A DNA stretch of 64,000 nt, taken from Chrysomallon squamiferum (lineage: Eukaryota; Animalia; Mollusca). The number at the start of each line of letters is the position of its first letter. Position 1 is the first letter of the stretch. The DNA lies in assembly GCA_012295275.1 (NCBI GenBank), contig CM022670.1, positions 20,584,001-20,648,000 of the forward strand, in the 5' to 3' direction. Shown here piece by piece: positions 52,688 through 64,000 of this stretch. The translations under genes were made by a program, and so were the position numbers. The notes beneath the pieces were generated by a model. That model saw only the letters and a program-made list of their open reading frames with translations. It had not been told where the DNA came from and did not search any database.

Positions 52688-54946
52688 CTAGTTTTCACAG
52701 ATAAGTGCGAGACGCTGTGTTAAATAATATTTTAATAATAGTGGTAGTGGTATTCATAAACTGTCCTTGGTGTTTTCGGCAAACGTCTATAGCCTGTGAA
52801 AAATTCTGAGCTTTCCTGTACACCTTGTAGAAAAAAGGTGTCGAAGTTGTGGCCAGTACGTAACCCTTGTCAAGTGGAAAAATATCTTGTACGAGCGAGA
52901 AACAAAAAATGACAGAAAGATACGAATACAAGAAAAATAAATAAATAAAGTGTTAATGAACAAACTCTGCTCGAGCTCATACCTATACGTGTTCGAATAC
53001 CCACATGTATATCTTATGTATATAAATATCACATATAAATATGCGCTCGCGCGCGCACACACACTTACATACATGAATATTGTTTTATTTTGTTTTCATT
53101 TATAGTGGCAGTTGCCATTTTGTGCGAATATTTTTTTGTTAATATTTGTTTGTTTTTTTGCCTTTTGATTATGATTATGATTATGATGAGGAAGATGATG
53201 AAATAATAATAAGAAGAACAACAACAAGAATAACAGCAATTTAACCACAGCAACATTAATAATAACAATTAGAATAGTAGAACAACAATGCAAAAATTGT
53301 ATTTTTTTTAATCACAATAATAATATTAATAACAAATTATTATGATGATGATGATAATAATATTAATATAAGGTTATTGATCAGTCAGATGATTGTATGA
53401 ATGTTACCTTCAACACATGCTGTGGATTTTCCTTCTCTAATTACACACGAAGTCCCTTTACAACAGGAATGATTTTCACACAAGTCTCTGCAATAGGTTG
53501 GTAATGGATAAAGTACTTATTATTTGTAAATAAATAAACGCAAATTTATTAATTATAAAGCAATACTGATTTATTAATGCTTAGCGAAATCTTAATTCAT
53601 TAAGGATAATAAACGTAATCACACTATGTTATTGAACAACTGCCAGTTTATTAATTATAATAATAAATTTATTCCTAATCAAAAGGATGCTAATTTAATC
53701 AAATTTAACGTAATACTTATTTGTTAACGAATAAAGCAATACTAGAACATTCATAAATAATGACGATGATATTAATACTGAATTATTAGTGAATAAAGAA
53801 ATATAGTTTATTAATAAATAAAGTAATTCCAGTTATTTATGTATGAATAAAGGTCAGTTTATTGATTTATAATGAAATGATAATTTATGAAGTATTTAAA
53901 TCTATTAGTTAAATAATGACTAAAAAATTGACTAATTCATAATTAAGAAACATCCTAAAAATAAAAATAAAGGAAATAAAGAAAGAAATTCTAGTTTAAT
54001 TATTATACGTAAATATTAGTTTACCAGTGAATACATAGATAGTTGATTATTAACGAATAATTGAATTCATTTATTAATTCTAAAGAAAAATTTATTTATT
54101 AATAGATAGCGAATTATTAGTTTATTAGATAAAATAAATACCAATTTATTAAGTAACACAAAAAACTAAATTCTGAATTATTAAAAAATACTAGTTTATT
54201 TAGGAATAATAATAAAAAACAATTTAATGAAGAAATAAAGAAAAAATATTACTAATTTATTAACAAATGCTGGTGTATTAATGATTAAATAAATGCTAGT
54301 TTATTCATAAATAAATAAATTCTACTGTATATTTTATAAGGAATTGCTAGTGTATTTGGAAAAAACAAAAACATACTAATTTATTGGTGAATAAATTAAT
54401 TCTTGTTTATTAATGTGTAAAAAAAATCAGTTTTCTGATGACTAGTGAAATTCTGACAGAGAAATACTACTAATAAATATTAATTCATTAATGAATACAA
54501 AGTATTTCATTCATGAATGAACTGACAACAATTTATTTATGTATAAAGAAATTTTGGATTATTCATGAATGAAGAAGTGAAACAAAATAGATTTGTTTCA
54601 TACATACCTGTGGCCATTTCTTTATTTCAGAGAAAAGGCTTCCGTTCATGAACAAAATTCTGTCGTTATCGCCTTCTTGATTTAGTCCGCAAATGTTGGA
54701 GGAGACATAAAAATTCACTGAGACGCAGTTTGCTCTGAAGAGACACTGCTGCACACATCCTAGGAATCCAACATTCTTAACTATTTTAAATGTATTATTC
54801 GAGACTCTGTCGCGACGAATGAGATGTTCGAAATGTTTAAGATGTGTACACACTGGAGAGGAACTTCCTACCGTCACAGAGACTTGAAGAAATGCGAAGA
54901 AAATTTGCAAAATATATTTTAATCTGAATGTATAGGGTGGTTCCAT
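52688..54946 (-). pseudogene. Secreted PAN/Apple + small Cys domain + C-type-lectin-like gene, probably degenerate
   Basis: Exon 54946-54608: signal-like N-terminus and PAN pattern CVQQCLFRANCVSVNF..SNICGLN, ending WPQ|gtatgt. Exon ~53498-53408: CENHSCCKGTSCVIREGKSTACVE, with a frame/acceptor problem. Exon 52885-52688: GY...FYKVYRKAQNFSQAIDVCRKHQGQ, resembling a CTLD start, then a stop. Confidence 0.55.
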
Positions 54947-55238
54947 TTTGTATTAAATTTATGCGGTCGTGTATCAGTTTCTTAACAACAACAACAACAA
55001 CAACAAGAACAACAACAATAATAATAATAATAATAATAATACAGATTATTCGTAATACCTAATAATCCCATTTAATGCCAAGAAAAATATAACTAGTTGG
55101 GTGGTTAGTGGTATATGGTTGCAGGGGAGGTAATGGCCAAAGGAAATTAACCCTAGTTGACTGGGAAAGGCAATATAATTGGTATTTTCCATTCGAGCGC
55201 GATTTCAGCCACGAAATGAAAAAAAATTAAAAAATTAA

Positions 55239-55550
55239 GGGTCAGATCATTTAGTTTGTCGCACTAATGTCGGGACCCCCGGGAGACAGCTACAGAGCTG
55301 AGGTTCATCTGGCCCAAGGTTAGGTTCCATCTACTGAACTGTAGTGAAACAGGTTAATACCAAAGGATTCACTGCCAAGTAACAGAGAAATCCGCTCCAC
55401 TTTCGGGGCCGAAGTGGAGTGGTTCAGCCCACCTACAAATTACCGAGGGGGCAGGTAAGGTAATGTAGATATACTTGATCTTCGGTGCCGAAGACGAGTT
55501 ACGCCAACCTACTCTAGCATGAGGGCAGTCAGTATGTCTCCAGAGGTTCC
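55239..55550 (+). other. GC-rich structured island (unclassified ncRNA or TTAA-flanked non-autonomous element)
   Basis: Nested stems GGAGACA/TGTCTCC and GCTACAG/CTGTAGT; hairpins 55392-55422 and 55473-55499; TTAA on both sides. Confidence 0.5.
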
Positions 55551-56756
55551 TTAATTATTAGTTTTATTCAGCTGCGGCCAGGATTTTTATCCAACAATAA
55601 AAAGGGTTTGTGGGTATTCATGTAAATGTAAATAATTGTCTATCATGAAATGTTTCACTTGTACATAGTTGTGTAAATAAATATATAGGTGTTATCGTTT
55701 GCGATGTTTTTTATCTGTGTATTAATGCATTCAAAATAAAATACCGGTAAACCATTTAAATCGTTTAACAAGACACGAAATTGACGTATTTATTAATTTA
55801 CTGGTGGATTATTGAATTTTCAATCGTTTTTTATTTCAAGACAATTGTTTCTTTTAAACATTGATCGATGAGTCGTGGAAATAGATCTTCTAAGTACTGA
55901 CATTTTTGTTTGGTCCTGGCAATCAACATTATTAATAACTTTAGAAAAACAGCCAGACAGTAAAATATGGACTGTGAACATTATTTTCAGACGCTGACAG
56001 CGTAAGTTCAGAGAGCGTAAAAGACTTCTTAATTGTTTCCTCAAATAATTACGGTGATGTTAATGATGAAGATAATACTGAAACGAAAAACATTTTTGTT
56101 CCAGAAATACATTATAATATCAAGCTTAAACACTGACAAGGTTATATTGATTTGAAATTATCCAATATTTTTTAATTTTCTTATCCATAGAAACTAATAA
56201 TTTATATTTCAGCCCTAGAACGCTAAATAATGACTGAGTTTATAGGAGGTATGCAAAATGTGCCAAACTTCTGTCCACTTACTGAACACTGTGGCTTACT
56301 TTTGACAGTTTTCAAGCATTGCCTTCTTCAATTAATTTATGAATAATTTAATAACTTTCAGGAACAGTAATGGAACTTCTAAAATAGATATCTTTCATTG
56401 TCTATATATTATCTAAATGTTTTCATATCCAGGTAAATGGGTTTATAGATTTCTGGGCTCTAAATAAAAACTATGGCCTTTCCAGTCCCAAATTATATGC
56501 AGAATATACCTTATTACATAATAATAAAAGAATCTAGAAAATGAATTAACAAACAACTAAAAATTTAACAATAACCTAATTGTTTAAATATTAACATTAT
56601 TAGCTGTTAATAATACTTTTTGTATTGCGATAAGAGAAAGGAAATGGTCTATCGCCATTCTTACTCATTAGAAGTAACCTTTGTTTTCACATAAACCTCC
56701 CCAAAGACAGGAGATAAAACGTGCTGTAGTCTTTACTAAACCTGTACTAAACCTTT

Positions 56757-56966
56757 AGACGTTATTCAGATCATTCAGGTATTATTCAGACGTTATTCAG
56801 ATCATTGAGGTATTATTCAGACCTTATTCAGATCGTCGGGTATTATTCAGATGTTATTCAGATGTTATTCATTTCATTCATGTATTATTTAGTTGTTATT
56901 CAGATTATTCAGGTATTATTCAGGTGTTATTCATATCATTCAGGTATTATTCAGATTATTCAGGTA
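56757..56966. repeat. Minisatellite of 9-11-bp TATTCAG-core units with a 31-bp higher-order period
   Basis: gttattcagatcattcaggtattattcagac is repeated about three times, then decays. Confidence 0.8.
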
Positions 56967-58154
56967 CTCTATAAGTCCAAGCATAGCACATGATATCCAA
57001 AAATTTTATTAATCATATTTTTAAATCAAAGCACATATAGTTACTGATTTCAAAATGTCCATTTTTGTTTTGAAAAGGAAAACATGACGCAAAAAACAGT
57101 AAAACATTTTACATTCTAGTTTAGTTCAGATTCTTATTGAACTCGTTATAACTGCATGTCATTTAATCAGGTGATGTCTGGTAAGCCTTATTATAGTAAA
57201 AGAAATGTGTTTTATGTCAGTTTTGTTTATATGTTTATTGACATTGGACCTTTAAATAACAAAAAAACACACATACACAAAACAAAAATAAAAAAATTAA
57301 AAATAAAACCAACATCGAACCTCAAAACCCAGCTAATAATTTAATTTACTTAAGTAGATTCGAAATAATAATAATCGTTAAAATTGTTCAGATACTTACT
57401 GAACGTTTTGTGAGTTGAGTAACTTTATGTAATAATGTCTAGGAAGCCTTCTTAGGGTACTTTATATATATATATTTTTTTATATTTGAAAACATGTGCC
57501 ACAAAACTATATAAATATCACCAAAACAATAACAATAACAAGAATAAAAAAAAGAAGACCCCCCCCCCAAAAAAAAAAGAAATAAAAAATCCCTCACTAA
57601 TCCCAAGACAAAACAAAACAGAACAAAAAAAAAAAGGACAAAAGAACAAAAAAAACTACAGAACAAAACAACAAATAAAAAAGATTCCAAATCCGGCAGA
57701 AGTATACAAAAACCCATAAATATAAATAAAAATTGTCTTCCAGTTTATTTAATAAGTCAAAAAGCCTGGCGTAACATCTAATAACAATAGCAACAATAAA
57801 CAAAACGTCTTGTATACATACACACATTCATGTTAAATCTGACACTACTTCTGAACAGCGAACATTTACTTTATTTTATTTTATTTTATTGTATTGGAAT
57901 AACTCAGATGCAGATTTAATTGTATCGAAATAAATGCTTGAACAATCGCCGTTATGATTTTTATATGGCAGGATTCTACATAATGTTCCCTTACTTAAAA
58001 CGTAGTGAGGTGATGTCCTTTTTTAAATCACCAAATAGATGTTCGTATAGAAATTGATCTTAAATACATTTTGTGTGTTTTTATTTCTTTATTTCATTCT
58101 TTCCTTTCTTCTTATTCTTCTTATTATAAGCTCTCGTTCAAAATTTAATCATCT

Positions 58155-58454
58155 ACTTTGTTGAAGCTATTACATCAGTTTAAATGTATAATAAAATATT
58201 GATTAATTTTACGTCTATAAAAAAAATAGATATATTTTTGTTGACGCTGCTTAATACACAAATTAATTTGCTACAAAAAAAAAAAAAAAAAAAAAAAAAT
58301 GGCCGATCCAGTAATTTAAAAAAAATGATTACACCATCTAAATTAGAAACATCAAAAGTTAAAAAAATAAAAATAATTACAAACTCCTTCATTTACCTGT
58401 GGTAAGTACAGTGAAAAAGTGTAATACTTAAAGTTATCTAAATTATCATTATTA

Positions 58455-58509
<55 letters not shown>

Positions 58510-61235
58510 TTTATAATTTTTATATTGCATTCTGTTTACAGATATAAATATATAAATATCCTTCTAATCCTTCTAATTGTTTATCTGTTTTTAATGTGTA
58601 ACAAAGAAATTTACAATAATATAAAGAAAATAAAAAATTTGTAAATTTTCATTTAACTGATGTCCTGATCACATTTTTTATTCTCTTTATACAAGATCAT
58701 ATATAATTTTGGTGAAAGTCAAGAAATATATTTAAAGAAGAAAGTTTTTATTTTCAGTATTAAAAAATTCATTGTTTAGATGTTACCAATCTAAGTATTT
58801 AAACAAGGAAAACAACTCTCATTTCTCTATGTACTAGAGTAAGCTTTGACGAGAATTATCTGCCTTAAATTACTTTTAATTTTTTCTTATCGAGCAGTTT
58901 TCTGGTAAACAAAATAATAAAATAAGGCAAAAAAATATCTAGACGAAAGAATGAAACAAAGACAAATTTTTGTTTAATAATAATAATGATGATGATATTA
59001 CTATCAGCGCCTCTGTGTGATGTATGTGAAAAATTAAATGTGACATTCCTTCAGAAATGCGTTCTGACTTAGACTGTTTAATTAACATGAAATAAAATAT
59101 TTCTAGAGTAAGTTACTTTGCTGTAATTAGCAAAACTAGCATATAATTACAGTAACACAATATGCAGATACATTATTTTAGCAATACTATTATAATTACA
59201 TTAACACTGTCAATATCAGCGACCATACTTCCTCGCCTTGCAATACTTGTTATTTTGTCATTATTTTATAGATTTAATTGTTGGTTGCTATATGTAAATA
59301 AACCATTAATTGAAACGAATTTATATGATTTTATTTTCGTATCAATTATAATTTCAAAAAACTTATATATATATATGTATAATTTACAGCTGGTACTTTA
59401 TCAAATAAATTTGGTTAATTATATATATTTTAAAGCAGAAGCATTTAGTATAAAACCCTATAATTACCGTAAAAAACATTAAAAAAGAGAACAACAAGAA
59501 CAAAAAAATAAAAATAAAAACAAAAACAAATATGAAAGAAAAGCTGAAAACAGCAGTCCACGCAAAGCATTATCCAAAAAAAAAAAAAAAATTAATACGT
59601 ATAAAACAATAGTATATACTATAATCTAAAACCCACCACAAAAAAAAAAAAAAAAAAACAACAAAAACCAACAACAAAAAAACAAACAATAAATAAATAA
59701 AATCACTTTGCTGAAACTATTACATCAGTTTAAATGTACTTAAATTAATAAAAAGATTGATTAATTTGACGTCTTTAAAAAATATATATATATTTGTTGA
59801 CGCTGGTTAATATACAAAGTAATTTGCTAAAAAAAAAAAAACAAAAAAAAAAAAAGATGGCCGATCCAGTAATTTAAAAAAAATTATTACACCATCTAAA
59901 TTAGAAACATCAAAAGTTAAAAAAATAAAAATAATTACAAACTCCTTCATTTACCTGTGGTAAGTACAGTGAAAAAGTTTAATTTTTAAAGTTATCTAAA
60001 TTATTATTATTATTATTATTTTTAATTTTTATATTGCATTCTGTTTACAGACATAAATATATAAATATCCTTCTAATCCTTCTAATTGTTTATCTGTTTC
60101 TTATGTGTAAGAAAGAAATTTACAATAATATAAAGAAAATAAAAAATTTGTAAATTTTCATTTAATTGATATCCTGACCACATTTTTTATTCACTTTATA
60201 CAAGATCATATATAATTTTGGTGAAAGTCAAGAAATATATTTAAAGAAGAAAGTTTTTATTTTCAGTATTATAAATTCATCGTTTAGATGTTAACAATCT
60301 AAACATTTAAACAAGGAAAACAACGCTCATTTCTTCATCTTCTAGAGTAAGCTTTGACGACGATTTACTACCTTAAATTACTTTTAATATTTCTTTTCGA
60401 GCAGTTTTCCGATAAACAAAATAATAAAATAAACCAAAAGAATATCTATACAAAGGAATGAAAGTGAGAAAATTGTTATTTAATAATAATAATGATGATG
60501 ATATTACTATCAGCACCTCTGTGTGTGTATGTGAAAAATTAAATGTGACATTCCTTCAGAAATGCGTTCTGACTTAGACTGTTTAATTATCATGAAATAA
60601 AATATTTCTAGAGTAAGTTACTTAGCTCTAATTAGCAAAACTAGCATATAATTACAGTAACATAATATGCAGATATATTATTTTAGCAATACTATTATAA
60701 TTACATTAATACTGTCAATATCAGGGACCATACTTCCTCGCCTCGCAATACTTGTTATTTGTCATTATTTTATAGATTTAATTGTTTGTTGCTGTATGTG
60801 AATAAACCATTAATAAAAGACGTACATACAAATTTATATGACTGTATTTTCGTATCAATTATAATTTCAAAAAACGTATATATATATATATATATATATA
60901 TGTATGATTTACAGCTGCAACTTTAACAAGTAAATCTGGCTAATTATATATATTTTAAAGCAGAAGCAGTAAGTATAAAGTCCTAAAATTACCGTAGAAA
61001 ATATCAACAACAACAACAACAACAACAAATAAAATAAAATAAAAATAAAAATAAATATATAAAAACAAGTATCAAAGGAAAGTTGAAAACAGCAGTCCAC
61101 GCAAAGCTTTATTCCAATAGAAAAAGATAATTAATAAGACGTATAAAACAATGGTATATATTATAATCCAAAAAAACCCACACAAAACAGCACACAAAAA
61201 AAAAAAAAAAAAAAAACAAGCAATAAATAAAATCA
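58155..61235. repeat. ~1.55-kb direct tandem duplication of the GT32 3' flank
   Basis: 58155-59704 aligns with 59705-61235 (e.g. ggccgatccagtaatttaaaaaaa occurs twice); the distal part is also homologous to ~40020-40790. Confidence 0.88.
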
Positions 61236-61321
61236 ACAATTAAATCTTACTAAGAATGTGAAACATTTCTTGAAAAGTCCAACGCAATTTTAGTTTTCTT
61301 ACTATTGCTCTTCTGTTACAG

Positions 61322-62464
61322 TTACTTAATAATGCGAGAATTACCATAGTAAATATATCTAAATATTTCACCAACGGTATTATTTAATGTTTTTATCATT
61401 TCAGAATTGTAATTCAGCTTTCGAAAAGTAAACCACAAATGTATGACATAGTTGTTCTTTTTCCAGTCAAACTTTTCCCCGATAGCATAAAGCTGATTCA
61501 TTCCTTTTTTGCCATAATTAGGACGACAGATAGATGATTTTTCTGTATGAATTAAATTTCTGTATTTGATAGCTAACTGGGCTGGAAGCTGAATCGAATG
61601 TTCGTTCCAGACTTTGTCATTAAACGTTGAGTAATTCGAATGCCATATCTTCATGAAGTCAGACCAAGGTACAGCTATCAGCACACCATTGCACAAAACC
61701 ATTGTCACTTTCGTATCCCATTACCATTTCGTATTTCAGTAAAGGGTCCAAATGTTTAACAACAATCGAATCCAAATCAAAATACATTCCTCCAAATTCT
61801 AGCACAGCTTCCAGGCGCATGACGTCAGAGATATGTGGGGAACTTTTACTGGTCGACCATATATTTCTGTTGGAATTTGTTTCTTAATTAGATATAGCTT
61901 ATGAACCTTTCGTCGCATTTCTTTAAAATATATTTCCTTTGGCATGCAATCAATCCATAAATATATTCGGTCAGGTTGCAAAAGTTTCTGTGCTGCTAAA
62001 AATGCTATCATGTAATGAAACGGAAAAGGTTTCTGTTCTGGACAAAGACAGGAAAGCCAGACGAAATGTATCAAACAACTCTTCGAACGTGTTTTATAGT
62101 TTTGTTATAATTCACTTGTGATGTTAGCATTTGTTTAAAAGTATTATTCCTGTGGTAGATATAGTATTCAACAGATTCATTTTCTTTGCATATGTTTTGT
62201 TCCAAGCACAAAAAATTATTTTGTTTGGAAACTCCAGAATAGGGTTTTCTTACATCTTGCTTAGAATCTTGGAAAGTCTCGAATATAGTTTTCTTTAAGA
62301 AATTTTCGAAATTCATATTCGAATTCAGAACGAGATAAACCAAAACAGATATTATTATTAAATTGCAGAATACAATTTTGCAGAATTTTCTTTCACAAGT
62401 TACCGTTTTAGTGCAGTGCTAGAGTAAAAGAAAACAAAATGTTTTGAGTTTCACATCTCCACAT
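61322..62464 (-). pseudogene. GT32 / DXD-motif glycosyltransferase, second disrupted copy
   Basis: Close paralog of 40797-41909, with the GGMYFDLD motif. Frameshifts near 62415, 62072, 61838 and 61697 split it into ORFs 62071-62343, 61799-62074 and 61322-61708. Confidence 0.85.
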
Positions 62465-63719
62465 TTTATAGTAATAAAAGTTCATATTCTAAGAATTTAT
62501 TTTTATCTTTTAGAAACAACGTAGTAAATAGTAGATTTTAAAAATAATTATTTCTAACAATACTTAAGAAAAAATCTGATGTTTTAGACCATAGGAAACA
62601 ATATCTTTGTCAACGTAGTTTTCGTTCGTCTGTCAACAACAGAACACATTACATATATTCTACAAATATTTATAATAATAGGTCACAAGAAAATGGAGTA
62701 AAAATGGTTTAACCTAGTATATCACTGATTAATTTTCCTAATCTCCTTATTAGAAATATATATTATTATAATTAATGTAAAATAAGTGAATCTTAGGTTT
62801 ACTCAATGTTATAATATTTTAATTCTGTCCAAAATACGCATGTTCAAATGAATACAAAAAATAATAATTATGTTAACTTGTTACCTGATTCATCCTAGAA
62901 TGTTTTGAGTACATACTGATGTAAAACCCAGGTCAGAATACTAATGCAGTTTTTGCTCAAAACTCCGAACACATCTGTTCAATGAAGAATTTTAAAAAGG
63001 TCACTTTATACTTGTTACAAGAATGAATATGTTAAAAAATAAATAAAAGGATACAGACTAATAGATGCAATTTCAATAAATTATTTTGAATATTCTATAG
63101 CAGGAATGCGCAACCTGCAGCCGAGGGGATTTCGCCTCATCACATTTAACATCTCATTTGAAATAAAACGAGGATGCTTGTTAGTATAAACACTCACACC
63201 ATGAAATTCCTGTGACTGTTTGATGCTGTACGCAAAAGGCATCCAGTTTTTTAAATCTTACATGAGAAATATAGTGTAGTAGTATTGCGGATTCTCATTC
63301 ACCTTACAGAGCTGGGAGGTTATATTTTTCTGTGTGTCAGGTTTTGCCTTGATCTTTAAACGAATCTATTGGCAGCTTGCTAACTGGCACAATCTACAAG
63401 GTGTTCCAGGAAACCTTTTCCTGTGTCCTATTATTCGCAAACAGATCGCTGTGTTTGTATAATTTTGTTTTGAAACCTAAAATGAGTTCGTTGAAACTGA
63501 AAACCATGGACAGAAACAGGAATATAGCTCTTGATAATTACAAACAAGCAGAAACCAGGCAAAATCATGAAAATTACCCTTCAAGCCTAGAAGTTCAAAC
63601 TTGGAACGTTCTCGAAGGTATAGAAATAATAATGATAAAGCCATATGCCTAGTGCATGAATAAATTCACTTGCAAATCATTCCCTGATAAAGATGAAATA
63701 TAAGCGTACATGACGGAGC

Positions 63720-64000
63720 AGTCCGGCGTTAAGCCGTCCCATTGTCGTTCAGTATTGTATTCAGAAAGTTTTGGTGGGGAATGATCAAAGGGTGGTTTTT
63801 GTTCTATATGAGGATGACATAGCTTCATTTACTGTAGAGGACATTTTGCAAACTTCTTAATTTAGCGTCAGAAACCGGCATGAGATCTGGTGTTAACTAC
63901 ATCATTATGCTGTAAGAAGCCACAGTCCTAGCAAGGTTAACTTAACCTATGTCTATTTATTCTGCACCACCCCAAAACGTATCACTTCTGCAAATCTGGC
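63720..64000 (-). mobile_element. Possible Tc1-like transposase relic
   Basis: Minus-strand scraps LQNVLYS and gaagtgatacgttttggggtggt resemble W..VLFSDES and E..RFGGG; heavily degenerate. Confidence 0.25.

Noticed and set aside
55148-55320. Telomerase RNA (TAACCCTA template-like 8-mer and a P6.1-like GAGC-TGAG-GTTC)
   Set aside because: No convincing pseudoknot or H/ACA end was found, and such short matches are expected by chance.
55282-55541. Hammerhead ribozyme reading (stem-GAAAC ... GTA before the closing stem)
   Set aside because: The essential CUGANGA core is absent at the required position on either strand.
56757-56966. CRISPR-like array
   Set aside because: There are no unique spacers or cas genes and the context is eukaryotic; it is a minisatellite.

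Overview
AT-rich, microsatellite-dense eukaryotic (animal, probably molluscan/lophotrochozoan) genomic DNA, split by a 200-N gap at 30946-31145. Left half (+ strand): two adjacent intron-rich paralogous receptor genes built from symmetric phase-1 8-Cys EGF-like exons. Gene A (5'-truncated, 179-5672) has at least 9 EGF-like repeats, a TM helix and a short non-catalytic tail with an ITAM-like YDKL-x10-YDKI motif. Gene B (7834 to >30583) has a signal peptide, an F-type lectin domain with an altered fucose motif, 14 EGF-like exons plus exon relics, a TM helix and an intact protein-tyrosine-phosphatase domain. Several EGF exons and introns are about 93-96% identical between A and B while the tails are unrelated, which looks like a paired activating/inhibitory receptor locus. 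Right half (- strand): a repeated cassette of a GT32/DXD glycosyltransferase (two disrupted copies plus a relic) and a type-II-membrane FkbM-family methyltransferase (one intact copy, one pseudogene), a candidate Golgi glycan O-methylation module. It also contains a probably degenerate PAN/Apple-EGF-C-type-lectin-like gene, a ~300-bp GC-rich structured island and transposon relics. All exon models and difference counts were made by hand; no database search was run.
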